Part shown: positions 16,133 to 26,469 of the stretch, one piece after another
Numbering within the stretch: the first letter of the stretch is position 1
How the letters are laid out: every line of letters begins with the position of its first letter
Assembly: GCA_046292385.1 (NCBI GenBank)
Contig: JBKBRF010000008.1
Span: forward strand, 32,001-96,000
Direction of reading: 5' to 3'
Length of the DNA: 64,000 bases
Source: Armatimonadota bacterium
GTDB taxonomy: Bacteria; Armatimonadota; SYMT01
Position numbers and translations under genes: made by a program
The notes under the pieces: model-generated
What the model was told of the DNA's origin: nothing
Seen by the model: the letters and a program-made list of their open reading frames with translations, nothing else
Database searches by the model: none

Positions 16133-18994
16133 CTATCGCCGCGAGCCGGAGACGGGGACGCGCACCAGGGGACGGGCCGGGTCGTCGCTGGCGATCTCGA
16201 GAGTTTGCCGGAAGCTCCCCGCGTTCTGCGGCGTGAAGGTGACGACCAGCTCCTGGGACTGCTTCGGACCGAGGACCACCGGTCCGGTAGGGCTGACGCT
16301 GAACGGCTCCCCGAGCGACTGCACCTGGAGCGCAAGCGGCCCCTTTCCGGTATTGCGAGCCTTGAGCCGCTCGACCCGGGTCCGGCTGCGGGTGACGCGG
16401 CCGAAGCTGATCTTTCCAGGCGTCAGGCGGAGCACCCCCTCCGCGGCCGGGGTGGTGATCGTCGCCAGGTTGGAGTACGGCGAGGCTCCCATGGCGCTGA
16501 CCGCCCGTACGCGGTACGTGTAGGTCGTCTCCGCGGAGAGCCCGAAGTCGCGGTAGCTCTCGGTCCCCGCTGCTACGGTGGCGATCGTCTCGAAGCCGTC
16601 GCCGTCCCAATCGGCGGGGACGCCCCCGATCCGGCGCTCGATCTGGAAGCCTCCTCCGTCCTGGAACCGGTCCAGCCAGGAGAGATGGAGGACGGTGGCC
16701 GCGTGCGCGGTCAGCGTCAGGTTGGAAGGCGGGCCGAACGGCGCGAAGCCGACCTTCGCCACAAAGGCGTCCTCCCCGCCGCTGTGAGTGGCACCCGGTC
16801 CATTCACCACGGGAAAGCCCTGGCCCGGCGTGGAGTAGGCGGTTCCGCAGACGTGGGCGACTCCCTGCGTGTCGAGCGCGATCCCCTCGCCCGTCTCGTC
16901 GTCGCTCCCGCCGATATAACCCGCGTAGACGAGCCCCGTCCCCCCGGGCTGGATCCTCGCCACGAAGAGATCGCTGCCGCCATTGTGCGAGAGGTCCGGG
17001 CCGGAAAGCGCGGGAAAGCCCTGCGCCGAAGACGACCAGGTGGTGCCGCAGACGTACGCGCCTCCCTGGCCGTCTACCGCGATGCTCTCTCCGTAGTCCG
17101 CGCCGGCGCCGCCCAGGTAGCCGCAGTATTCCAGCCCGGAGCCGCCCGGCTGCACCTTGGCGACGAACGCGTCGAAGTTGCCGCCGTAGACGAGCTCCGG
17201 TCCTACGAGGGCCGGAAAGCCCTGGTGGGGCGAGGAGAGGGTGGTGCCGCAGAGATAGGCCGCCCCTACGCTGTCGATCGCGATGCCTTGCGCCCAATCG
17301 GACCCGCTGCCGCCCAGGTAGCCGCAGTATGCCAACCCGGTGCCGTTCGGCAGTACTTTGGCGACGAAGCCGTCGGTCCAGCCTGCGAAGGTGGTGTCGA
17401 GCCCGCCGCTCACCGGAAACCCCGGACCCTGACCCGAGGCAGGGGCGGAGCTGGTCCAGCCGCACACGTAGGCGGCCCCCTGCTGATCGACCGCGATGCT
17501 GCTCGCGTAGTCGTCGTCGCCGCCGCCGATGTAACCGCAGTACTCCAGCGCGGCGCCGCTGGGACGCAGCTTCGCCACCCAGGCGTCGAGTCCGTTGTTC
17601 CACTGGAGGTCCGGGCCGGTCTTCACCGGGAAATCGAAGTACTCGGTTGCCAGGGTCCAGCCGCACACGTAGGCCGCGCCGTTCTGATCGACTGCGATCC
17701 CCTGCGCCCGCGTCCCCCAGCCTCCCCCGATATAGCCGCAGTACTCCAGCACGTCTCCCTTGGAATTCAGCTTCGCGACCCAGGCGTTCGGGTTGGAGTT
17801 GAGGGGTCCGTTGAAGGTGAGATCGGGCCCTACCCGCGCCGGAAAGCCCTGGCTCTCCGCCGAGTAGGTGATCCCGCACAGGTAGGCGCTCCCCTGCTGG
17901 TCCACCGCGATGGCGTTCGCCGAGTCCAGCCGGTGCCCGCCAATGTAGCCGCAGTAGAGGAGCCCCGCCCCATCCGGCCGCACCCGGGCGACGAACGCAT
18001 CCTGGCTCGTCCCTTTTACGAGACTCGGTCCGAACGTGACCGGGAAGCCCTGGAGCTCGGAGGAGCTGGTGGTGCCGCAGACGTAGGCGTAGCCCAGGCG
18101 GTCGACCGCGATGGCGTGGGCCGACTCGTCCGCGGCGCCGCCCAGGTAGCCGCAGTAGAGCAGCACGGTCGGATCGATGACCAGGGTCTGCTCGCTGTCG
18201 TACGCGCCGAGCCGGAAGGAGACGACGGGATCTCCACCCGGCCCCGCTTCGACGCGATAGGCGGAAGACACCGCAGCTCGGCTCCCTCCGGCCTGGGTGA
18301 AGCTCATCGGCGCCTCATCGACCACCGTTCGGATCGGATTCTCCAGGCGCAGCCGGCCGGCGTCGTCTACCTTCACCCGTTCGGCGCCGCGTACGCGCAG
18401 GCGGATGACGCTCGGGTCCGCGCCGGGCTGCACCTCGAACTGATACTTCAGGGCGGAGCCGTCGCCGCGATAGACCAGGTCGATCCCCGGCCAGACCTCC
18501 CGGTACCTCACGCCCAGGAAGCTCGGCACGCCGGACTGCCAGTCGGCCTGCTCACCGCGGAAGAAGCTGAAGACGCACCCGGCAGGCTCGCTGCCTACCA
18601 CTTCCACCGCCGGATTGCTGTCTACGAACTCGACCCCCAGCGTCCACCGGCGCTCCGCCTCCTCCAGGGCTGCTTCCGCCGCTGGACGAGAGCCGGAGCG
18701 CAGGAGCGCGGCGTCCGCGCGCGGTGGGCTGCCGGACCGCTCCCGCAGCGTGAAGCGCACTCCGGTGCGCGTAAAGCCGACGTCCGCCTCGCTGCCGCGC
18801 GTGGAGTAGAGCACCTCCGCGCCGGCCTGCCCGCGGTTCTCCACGAAATAGAGCGGCACCCGGGCGAGCGAGGCGGCCGCGGGCGCGCTCGTGGCCGGGA
18901 GCGGCTGCAGGACGCCCCCGGGGAGGGCGAGTGTCGCTGCTCCGCCGATCAGGGTCAAGAGCAAAGTCCACGGGGCGCGAGCAGGTGCGGACAT
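16133..18994 (-). CDS. Secreted SBBP beta-propeller repeat protein with FN3 and Ig-like (ASPM-SPD-2-Hydin-like) domains
   Basis: 'FVENRGQ', 'LVIDP'; repeated 'YCGYLGG..D..IAVD..G.AYVCG.T.S'; FN3 'TYTYRVRA'; C-terminal 'NTG..L..F.P..G'. Confidence 0.85.
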   Translation of the reverse strand: MSAPARAPWTLLLTLIGGAATLALPGGVLQPLPATSAPAAASLARVPLYFVENRGQAGAEVLYSTRGSEADVGFTRTGVRFTLRERSGSPPRADAALLRSGSRPAAEAALEEAERRWTLGVEFVDSNPAVEVVGSEPAGCVFSFFRGEQADWQSGVPSFLGVRYREVWPGIDLVYRGDGSALKYQFEVQPGADPSVIRLRVRGAERVKVDDAGRLRLENPIRTVVDEAPMSFTQAGGSRAAVSSAYRVEAGPGGDPVVSFRLGAYDSEQTLVIDPTVLLYCGYLGGAADESAHAIAVDRLGYAYVCGTTSSSELQGFPVTFGPSLVKGTSQDAFVARVRPDGAGLLYCGYIGGHRLDSANAIAVDQQGSAYLCGITYSAESQGFPARVGPDLTFNGPLNSNPNAWVAKLNSKGDVLEYCGYIGGGWGTRAQGIAVDQNGAAYVCGWTLATEYFDFPVKTGPDLQWNNGLDAWVAKLRPSGAALEYCGYIGGGDDDYASSIAVDQQGAAYVCGWTSSAPASGQGPGFPVSGGLDTTFAGWTDGFVAKVLPNGTGLAYCGYLGGSGSDWAQGIAIDSVGAAYLCGTTLSSPHQGFPALVGPELVYGGNFDAFVAKVQPGGSGLEYCGYLGGAGADYGESIAVDGQGGAYVCGTTWSSSAQGFPALSGPDLSHNGGSDLFVARIQPGGTGLVYAGYIGGSDDETGEGIALDTQGVAHVCGTAYSTPGQGFPVVNGPGATHSGGEDAFVAKVGFAPFGPPSNLTLTAHAATVLHLSWLDRFQDGGGFQIERRIGGVPADWDGDGFETIATVAAGTESYRDFGLSAETTYTYRVRAVSAMGASPYSNLATITTPAAEGVLRLTPGKISFGRVTRSRTRVERLKARNTGKGPLALQVQSLGEPFSVSPTGPVVLGPKQSQELVVTFTPQNAGSFRQTLEIASDDPARPLVRVPVSGSRR

Positions 18995-19356
18995 GAGAGG
19001 CGGTCTCCGGGAGCGAACGGGTGCGGCCGGGCGCCGAGTGCCCTTCGCTGCGGCGTTCACCGCGGACGGCTGGTTGACCTCCGAACAGAGGGCCATCTCA
19101 CGGTAAAGAGATCGGCGGCAGAATGAAGGGCGCGTAATCGGGCGCGGGTTCGACAGTCCCGTCCGGAGTCCGAGAGGGAACGCGGGAGGCTGCGGCGAAT
19201 CGAAGACCAGTCCGCTCCCTCGCCCGAAGCCCGCGTAAGCCTCGCGCGGACCTCCCGGCGCTGAATGACTTGCGCCGGATTGCGGGACGGACTCTAGATT
19301 TCGCATCGATTCGCCGGCACTGCCGCTCTGGCAGCATCCGATAGTAGGAGCGTTCC

Positions 19357-20652
19357 ATGGCTCGAGCTTTCAATCGACGGACCTTTTTGATGGGCGCGCT
19401 CGCTGCGCCGGCGCTCACGCCGAGCATCGCACGGGCGGTACAGGAGCAGAAGCTCCGCGTGGCGGTGATCGGCGTGGGCGGCCAGGGCGCCTACACCTGG
19501 AGCAACCTCACCAGCGAGGAGATGGTGATGCTCTGCGACGTCGACCTCGCCCGCGTGGCGGACGCCGCGAAGCAGTACCCCAAGGCGGAAGTGGTGCAGG
19601 ACTTCCGGCGGGTGCTCGACCGGAAAGACATCGATGCTGTAGCGGTCTGCACGCCGGACCACTGGCACGCCATCCCCACCGTCTGGGCGATGCAGACCGG
19701 CAAGCATGTCTACTGCGAGAAGCCGCTGGGCCACTCCGTCTACGAGACCCGCGTGATGGCGGAGGTGGCGAAGGAGAAGAAGCGCGTCACCCAGATGGGC
19801 ACCCAGATCCATTCCGGCGGCAACTACCGGCGCGTGGTGGAGCTGGTACAGGCGGGCGCCATCGGCCCCGTGCGGCGGGTCGACGTCTGGTGCGAGCGCA
19901 GCCCGGACCGCGGCAAGCTCGGTCCGCAGGGGACGGCGCCGTCTACGCTCGACTACGACCTCTGGCTCGGCCCCGCGCCGGAGCGCCCGTTCAACTCCCA
20001 GATCGTGCCGTTCGGCTGGCGCTGGTGGTGGGAGTTCGGCGGCGGCGTGCTGGCGGACATGGCGTGCCACTTCATGGACCTCCCCCACTGGGCGCTCGGC
20101 CTGCGGCACCCGGAGCGGGTGAAGGCGGAAGGCACCACCTTTACCGACGCGGACAACACCGTTCCGAACCTGTTGAAGGTCGACTTCCACTACCCCGCGC
20201 GCGGCTCGCAGCCGCCGGTCCACCTGGTCTGGTGGCACGGCACCCCGGGCCCGCGGGATGACGAAGGGAAGGTCCGCAGCCTGCACGGCTTCGGCAGCGG
20301 CGTCCTCTTCACGGGCGAGAAGGGCCAGATCATCTCCGACTACGGCCGCCACATGCTGCTGCCGGAAGAGCAGTTCAAGGACTACCAGCGCCCCTCCCCG
20401 ACGATCCCCGACTCGGTGGGCCATCACCGGGAGTGGATCAACGCCATCAAGAACGGCGGCCCCACCACCTGCAACTTCGACTACAGCGGCGCCCTCACGG
20501 AGACGGTCCACCTCGGCAACGTCTCTTTCCGTCTCGGCGGCAAGGAGCTGCACTGGGATCCGAAGCGCCTCCGCGTCACTAACCTGCCGGAGAGCGAGTG
20601 GAAGCCGCTGATCCGCCGGGAGTACCGCGGGGATTGGAAGCTGAAGCGGTAG
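19357..20652 (+). CDS. Tat-exported Gfo/Idh/MocA family oxidoreductase
   Basis: 'NRRTFL' Tat motif, 'IGVGGQG', 'TPDHWH', 'YCEKP'. Confidence 0.9.
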   Translation: MARAFNRRTFLMGALAAPALTPSIARAVQEQKLRVAVIGVGGQGAYTWSNLTSEEMVMLCDVDLARVADAAKQYPKAEVVQDFRRVLDRKDIDAVAVCTPDHWHAIPTVWAMQTGKHVYCEKPLGHSVYETRVMAEVAKEKKRVTQMGTQIHSGGNYRRVVELVQAGAIGPVRRVDVWCERSPDRGKLGPQGTAPSTLDYDLWLGPAPERPFNSQIVPFGWRWWWEFGGGVLADMACHFMDLPHWALGLRHPERVKAEGTTFTDADNTVPNLLKVDFHYPARGSQPPVHLVWWHGTPGPRDDEGKVRSLHGFGSGVLFTGEKGQIISDYGRHMLLPEEQFKDYQRPSPTIPDSVGHHREWINAIKNGGPTTCNFDYSGALTETVHLGNVSFRLGGKELHWDPKRLRVTNLPESEWKPLIRREYRGDWKLKR

Positions 20653-20663
20653 CCTTTCAGGCG

Positions 20664-20850
20664 GGATTCTTCGACACAGAGGGACACAGAAGAACCAACA
20701 GAGGGGACACAGAAGTGAACGGGACGGGCGGGGCTTGCCGTGAGCCGAGGGGCTCGACGAGCGGCAGTAGGCAGGTAGGCCCGGCCTTATCCACCTGAAT
20801 TCTGTGTCCCCTCTGTTCCGTCTGTGTCTCTCTGTACTACTCACCGCGAG
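20664..20850. repeat. Inverted ACACAGAG-type repeat pair flanking element D
   Basis: GACACAGAGGGACACAGA...AACAGAGGGGACACAGAA paired with TTCTGTGTCCCCTCTGTT...TCTGTGTCTCTCTGT; same motif at 23578-23620 and 24484-24530. Confidence 0.8.
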
Positions 20851-20953
20851 AATCTTGCGGGGATGCGCAGATTCTGCTGGCGGTCATCGCGCGCCTGGGC
20901 CTCGCGGAGCCGGAGGGTGCCAGTTGTGTGGCGCTTTTGCTTCTCTTCGAGCT

Positions 20954-21562
20954 GCAGCCTCGATCCCGCAACCCGACCCCGCGCCCTTGTGCCGGGAGGC
21001 AGCCCTCCCGCGACGAAAGCCCTCCGCGGCCTTTCACACTCCGCTCCGCTCCGTTAGCAGGCCGCTGCGGGAACTCCCGCCGAGAAGCTCATCCCGCGCC
21101 AGGAAGCGTAACCCGTGCCGACAGGGAAGCTCACGGGCTGCCTCCCGACCCTTCGAGCTACCACCCCTCGCCAGGGGTGGTTACAACTGGCGCCCTCCGG
21201 GCGCCTCCGGTCTGAGCACGGTCGGCCGCCCGGTTGCCTCAAGCCGGTGCCGCACTACCAGCTTCGCGCCCCCAGCGCGTGGGGGTCTGCGAAGCCCGGA
21301 AGCACTGCCGAAGGCAGGGCTGGAGGGGTTCACCTGTGACCACCCCTGCGAGGGGTGGTCGCTTGAGCCGTCTGGAGCGGCCCGTGAACCGTGATCTGGC
21401 TACAGGCGCCGCCTACGGACGCGGAACGCAGCGCGCCGGGGAGCACGCCCGCAGCGCCCGCTAGCGGAGGCGAAGCCGGAGCGTGAAAGGGCCGCGGAGG
21501 GCCACCCACGCGGGAGGGCCGCTCCGGGCGGGGAGGGCGCGGGGTGGACCCTCGGCGCGATC
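20954..21562 (-). repeat. Nested palindromic element, copy D (complete)
   Basis: All modules present in reverse orientation; core 21187-21333. Confidence 0.92.
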
Positions 21563-21639
21563 CTGATCTCGACTATCCGAGCAGTCTTCCGCCGCCGTGA
21601 GATTGGTGGCGGCATCAGCCGTGCTGTGTCTGAAATCCG

Positions 21640-22710
21640 CTACGGCAGCCGCAGGCGGAAGGCTCTCGGCTGGCCGTTCAGGCGGCCCTGGCCGCAGACC
21701 TGGTTCGCCGCGTTGATCCCGTAGGCGATCTGCAGGTTCCAGCCGCTCCCCTTCGGCAGCAGGGTGTTCAGGTCGATCACCTTGTTCCCGCGCCAGAGGG
21801 TGGCGCGCAGCTCGCCGCCGGCCGTGGCGGAGTAGCCGACGATCTTCCCGGCCGGGTCGATGCCGTAGGCGCAGCTCACCGCTTCGCCGGGAAGGCTCTT
21901 CAGCGCGGTGGGGCGGGCATTCTTCCGGCTGGAGCGCCAGGCCACCGCGCGGCGCGTGCGGAAGCCGAGGTCGTCGGTCTTCCCCGTCTCCGACTCGCCG
22001 ACCGCAACTCCCCGGGTGTTGATGGCGTAGGCGGTGGCGAACTTCGAGCCCCTCAGCCCGCGGAGCGGCAGGAGCCGGCTCCCCTGGAACCGGGCCGGGG
22101 CGAACCGGACGGTGCCGTCTTTCTCCTCGCCGGTTGAGTAGCGGCCGGCCATGGTACCGCCGGTGTTGATGCCGAAGGCGAGGCTATAGTCGGCGTCATC
22201 TCGCGTCGCGTTCGGGCCGCGCAGGCCTTTCCACCGCACGCCGCGGAGCAGCCCCTCGGGGGTATCCGAGGTGCCGGCGATCAGCGTCGTGCCGGCAAGC
22301 GACCGCGCCGTACTGGACGAAGCGCCGGAGAGGACGGCGAGGTCCAGCATGGTCTCCTCGGCGTGGATGAAGGCGTGGTTGAACAGGCGTCCGGAGCCGG
22401 CGTCGGTGAGCGACTCCCCCACCACCTGCGGCCCCAACACCGCGCGGCCGAAGCTGTCGGTGCCGCCGGGGAGCGTGCCGAGATCCTGCGCTTCCCTGCC
22501 CAGCCAGGCCGTCGCGTGGAAGCGGCCGTCCGGCATCTGGGACGCGCCGGCGACGCGCCCGCTGGCGCAAATGCCGTACGCCACGCTGTAGGTGCCGCCG
22601 GGAAGCGGGGGGAGCGCGTCGATCTTGACACGCGCGGAGCCGACCTCGTCCTGGCAGAGCGCCAGGGCAGCGGCAGCGAAGATCAGGGCGGCGGCGCGGC
22701 GGGTCGACAT
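21640..22710 (-). CDS. Secreted HAF-type extracellular repeat protein
   Basis: Signal peptide; 'DLGTLPGG', 'AYAIN..G..VG.S', 'HAF', 'DLNTLLP..SGW.L..AYGIN'. Confidence 0.85.
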   Translation of the reverse strand: MSTRRAAALIFAAAALALCQDEVGSARVKIDALPPLPGGTYSVAYGICASGRVAGASQMPDGRFHATAWLGREAQDLGTLPGGTDSFGRAVLGPQVVGESLTDAGSGRLFNHAFIHAEETMLDLAVLSGASSSTARSLAGTTLIAGTSDTPEGLLRGVRWKGLRGPNATRDDADYSLAFGINTGGTMAGRYSTGEEKDGTVRFAPARFQGSRLLPLRGLRGSKFATAYAINTRGVAVGESETGKTDDLGFRTRRAVAWRSSRKNARPTALKSLPGEAVSCAYGIDPAGKIVGYSATAGGELRATLWRGNKVIDLNTLLPKGSGWNLQIAYGINAANQVCGQGRLNGQPRAFRLRLP

Positions 22711-22813
22711 TCGGCACTCCCCAGAGCGATCGATTCTCTGCCAGCCAATTGAGCGAGCGAAGGACAGTTCCCTCCCTCTGTGGAACAGCAGACCACCTTT
22801 CGTGGAGGGTCTG

Positions 22814-23578
22814 ATGAGTAACCGGGGACGTAAGTCGGCAGCCAGGATCGCAGTGGCAGTGGGAGTGCTGCTGCTGGTCTGCGCCTTTCTCTTCCGCGGG
22901 CACGCCGCGTCTGCGCTCGGCGGCGAGCCCGCGCTGACCGTCTACGTGCTGCGCAGCGGCAGCGCGGAGCAGGACGGCGCGGTGGAAGCGGCGCTGCAGG
23001 AAGCGGGCTACTCCGTGACGATGGGCGTGCCGACCCCGGTCTGGGACGGCACTTCCGCAGACCTCACCGCGTTCGACGTTGTGGTGCTGCTGAACAGCTA
23101 CAACTGGATCAGCACGGAGATGCCGTCTGCCGGCCAGCGCGCGCTGATGAGCTACGTCGCCGGCGGTGGCGGGCTGATTACGGCGGAGTGGCTGATGTGG
23201 AACGTCTACCGCAGCGGCGCCGCCTCCGGCCTGGCCCCGGCCCTCCCCGCCACCACCTCCAGCTACGTCGCCGCCGTCGAGCCGATCACCTACACTCGCG
23301 CGGCGGCCGACCCGGTGCTGGACGAGGGTGTCGCCGACTCCTTTACCTTCGCGCCGAACGACGTCTTCGGGAGCGAGTCGACCCTCAAGCCGAAGCAGGG
23401 CGCCACCGTCTTCTACCAGAGCGGCGGCGCGAGCGGCGCGGGTGTCCTCGGATGGGACTACCGCGAAGGGCGGGTGCTCAGCTTCTCCACCTTCATCAGC
23501 CAGGCCGAGCTGGCCCACCCGGACTACCGCCGCCTCTTCCGGAACGGGGTGCGCTGGGCGGCGGGGGATTCTTTTTAG
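22814..23578 (+). CDS. Secreted protein, probable class I glutamine amidotransferase-like/ThuA-like fold
   Basis: Signal peptide; 'DLTAFDVVVL', 'YVAGGGGL', 'LFRNGVRWAA'. Confidence 0.6.
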   Translation: MSNRGRKSAARIAVAVGVLLLVCAFLFRGHAASALGGEPALTVYVLRSGSAEQDGAVEAALQEAGYSVTMGVPTPVWDGTSADLTAFDVVVLLNSYNWISTEMPSAGQRALMSYVAGGGGLITAEWLMWNVYRSGAASGLAPALPATTSSYVAAVEPITYTRAAADPVLDEGVADSFTFAPNDVFGSESTLKPKQGATVFYQSGGASGAGVLGWDYREGRVLSFSTFISQAELAHPDYRRLFRNGVRWAAGDSF

Positions 23579-23817
23579 ACACAGAGGGACACAGAAGAAC
23601 CTGCAGAAGGAACACAGATTTGAATTGAGCCAGCGCTCTTGCCGGGTTCCGATAGCCCAACGGGAGTCGGAAGGGGCCTGAGTCGCTTGCTCACTTCTCT
23701 GTACTACTCACCGTGAGAGTTTTGTCGAGCCGGGCAGATTCTGCCGGCGGGCATGGCGCGTGGAGCTTGCGAAGCGGAAGGGGCCAGTCTTGAGGCATCT
23801 TTGCTTCTCTTTGAGAT

Positions 23818-24422
23818 GCAGCCTCGATCCCACGACCCGACCCCGAGCCCTTGTGCCGGAAGGCAGCCCTCCCGCGACGAAGGCCCTCCGCGGCCTTTTC
23901 ACACTCCGCTGCGCTCCGTTAGCAGGCCGCTGCGGGAGTGCAATTCGCCAAGCTCTTCCCGCGCCAGGAAGCGTAACCCGTGCCGACAGGGGAGCTCACG
24001 GGCTGCCTCCCGACCCTTCGAGCTACCACCCCTCGCCAGGGGTGGTCACAAGTGAACCCCTCCAGCCCTGCCTCCGGCAGCGCTTCCGGGCTTCGCAGAT
24101 CCGCTCGCCCGAGTGCGCGGCCGGTCGTGCCGGACCGGCTTGAGGCAACCCGTCGGCGGCGGACCGTGCCCAGACCACAGGCGTCCGGAGGACGCCAATT
24201 ATGACCACCCCTGGCGAGGGGTGGTCGCTTGAGCCGCCCGGAGCGGCCCGTGAGTCGCCGCATCGCTACTACCGCAGGCCACAAACGCGGAGCGCAGCCA
24301 GTCGAAGGGCACGCCCGGAGCAGTCCGCTAGCCCGGAGGGCGTGAAAGGACTGCGGGAGGGCCACCCACGCGGGAGGGCCGCTCCGGGTGGGGATGGCGC
24401 GGGGTGGACTCCCGGAGCGATG
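23818..24422 (-). repeat. Nested palindromic element, copy E (complete; central core inverted)
   Basis: Flanks collinear with copy D, but core 24052-24198 matches the reverse complement of the D core. Confidence 0.92.
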
Positions 24423-24528
24423 ACGGTCTCGACGAGAGAATCTTTCTCCCGCCGCCTCGAGTTTGGTTGCGGCATCAGCCGCGCTGTGTCCCCTCTGTTC
24501 AGTCTGTGTCCCTCTGTGTCGAAAGAAA

Positions 24529-25887
24529 TCACCCCACGGCGACCATGTGGGCCTGGGTGCGAAAGACCAGCATCTCCGGGGCGATGGCGGGGGTGGCCAT
24601 GCAGACCTCGCCCATCGGGTTGACGGAGAGCAGCTCGAACTTCTCACCCGCCTTCACCACGTAGATGTCGCCGTCTTCGCTGGTGAAGTAGAGGCGCCCG
24701 TCCGCGGCGACCGGTGACGCGGTGAATCCCGTGCGGCCGGTGCCGAGGCGCTCCTGGTAGACGCGGGCGCCGGTGCGGGCCTCATAGCAGCTCAGCGCGC
24801 CGTTGTCCCGGCAGACGTAGAGGTGGTCGCCGTAGACGATCGGCGTCTGCATGTAGCCGCCCTCCCGGTGGGTGCTCCAGGCGACGTGCGCGTTGGTGGT
24901 CGCCCCTTCCGGCAGGGAGATGTCCCCCTTGGCGTCGAGGCGGATCGCGTAGATCGGCGCCATGCGGCCGTGGGCATTGGTGATGAAGATCAGGTCGTGC
25001 GCGACTACCGGCGTGGGGACCGGGATGTCGCCGCCGCCGGTCAGGCGCCAGAGCTCCGCGCCGGTCTTCAGGTCGTACCCGCCGATCTGCTTCCACCCGT
25101 TCACGATCACCTGGGTGCGCCCGTTGGCGGTGTGGACCGTCGGCGTGCCCCAGGTCGGCACGTCGTTCCGCGGGGTGCGCCACAACTCGCTGCCGTTCCG
25201 CACGTCGAGCGCGGCCACGAAGCCGCCTTTCTGCACGTCACACTGCACCACCACCACGCCGTCGTGGATCACCGGCGAGCTGGCGAAGCCCCACTGCGCG
25301 GCAGGAACCATGAAGTAGCCGGAGTCGAGGACGCCGAAGTCTTTCTTCCAGAGCAGCTTGCCGTCCGGCGCGTAGCAGTAGAGCCCCTCCGAGCCGAAGA
25401 AGGCGACGGCGTGCTTTCCGTCGGTCGCCATCGTGGGGTTCGCCTGCGTCGCCTTCGTGTGCCGCTTCACCTTCGGCACGCCTTCGTGCGCGGTCCGCTC
25501 CCAGAGCACCTTGCCGCTCTTGCGGTCGAGGCAGAAGACGAGCCAGCGGTGGACGGTGTCGTCCTCTACCGGCCGGATGTCGCCGTAGAGCCCGACCTTC
25601 AGCTCCGGGTTCTCCTTCCCGCTCACGGCGGAGGTGACGTAGACGCGGTCGCCCCACACCACCGGGCTGGAGTGCCCGAGGCCGCGGATCGGGGTCTTCC
25701 AGCGGACGCCGGTGCCCGCCGCGGCGTCCCACTTAAGCGGCAGTCCCCTGACCGGGGAGACACCGGAGGCGTTCGGGCCGCGGAACGAGGGCCAGTGGGC
25801 GGCGGCCGGCGCGGCGAGAGCGCCCCGCGCGAGCAGGAGCGCCGGCGGGGCGAGGAGCAGCTCCCGGCGAGAGAAGGAACGAGACAT
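24529..25887 (-). CDS. Tat-exported PQQ-binding-like beta-propeller protein
   Basis: 'SRRELL', 'WPSFRGP', 'GHSSPVVWGD', 'ASPVAADG'. Confidence 0.88.
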   Translation of the reverse strand: MSRSFSRRELLLAPPALLLARGALAAPAAAHWPSFRGPNASGVSPVRGLPLKWDAAAGTGVRWKTPIRGLGHSSPVVWGDRVYVTSAVSGKENPELKVGLYGDIRPVEDDTVHRWLVFCLDRKSGKVLWERTAHEGVPKVKRHTKATQANPTMATDGKHAVAFFGSEGLYCYAPDGKLLWKKDFGVLDSGYFMVPAAQWGFASSPVIHDGVVVVQCDVQKGGFVAALDVRNGSELWRTPRNDVPTWGTPTVHTANGRTQVIVNGWKQIGGYDLKTGAELWRLTGGGDIPVPTPVVAHDLIFITNAHGRMAPIYAIRLDAKGDISLPEGATTNAHVAWSTHREGGYMQTPIVYGDHLYVCRDNGALSCYEARTGARVYQERLGTGRTGFTASPVAADGRLYFTSEDGDIYVVKAGEKFELLSVNPMGEVCMATPAIAPEMLVFRTQAHMVAVG

Positions 25888-25929
25888 ACACGGATCCTCC
25901 GGCGGACGGTAGCCGCCGGAGCCCGGCGC

Positions 25930-26352
25930 TCACTCGTCCTGCTTATCGGGAGACTCGGCGGGCTGGAAGTCGATCGAGACGGAGTTGATGCAGTAGCGCT
26001 GCCCGGTGGGGCGCGGCCCGTCCTCGAAGACGTGGCCCAGGTGCCCGCCGCAGCGGGCGCAGGTGACCTCCGTCCGGCGCATCCCGAAGCTCAGGTCTTC
26101 GTGGAGATCGATCTTCTCCGGATCGACCACGTCCCAGAAGCTGGGCCAGCCGCAGCCGGAATCGAATTTCTCGCTCGACGTGAACAGCTCCTGCCCGCAG
26201 CCGGCACAGGCATAAACGCCGTTGCCCTTGTGGTTCCAGTACTTCCCGGTGAACGGCCGCTCCGTCCCTTTCTCCCGCAGGACGTGGTACTCCATCGGGT
26301 CGAGCTCGCGCCGCCACTCCTCTTCCGACTTCCGGATCTTTTCGGTGCTCAT
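25930..26352 (-). CDS. msrB: Peptide-methionine (R)-S-oxide reductase
   Basis: 'GTERPF', 'GCGWPSF', 'HLGHVF.DGP', 'RYCINS', two CxxC motifs. Confidence 0.97.
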   Translation of the reverse strand: MSTEKIRKSEEEWRRELDPMEYHVLREKGTERPFTGKYWNHKGNGVYACAGCGQELFTSSEKFDSGCGWPSFWDVVDPEKIDLHEDLSFGMRRTEVTCARCGGHLGHVFEDGPRPTGQRYCINSVSIDFQPAESPDKQDE

Positions 26353-26469
26353 ACCGTCATCTTACCCGAGCCGGCGGTCGATCGGACGCGGCGGAGGACC
26401 GAACGCACGGCGGAATCCTGCTATTCCGGCGCCGGGACGGTGGTATACACAGAAGCGAGGAGAACTTCG

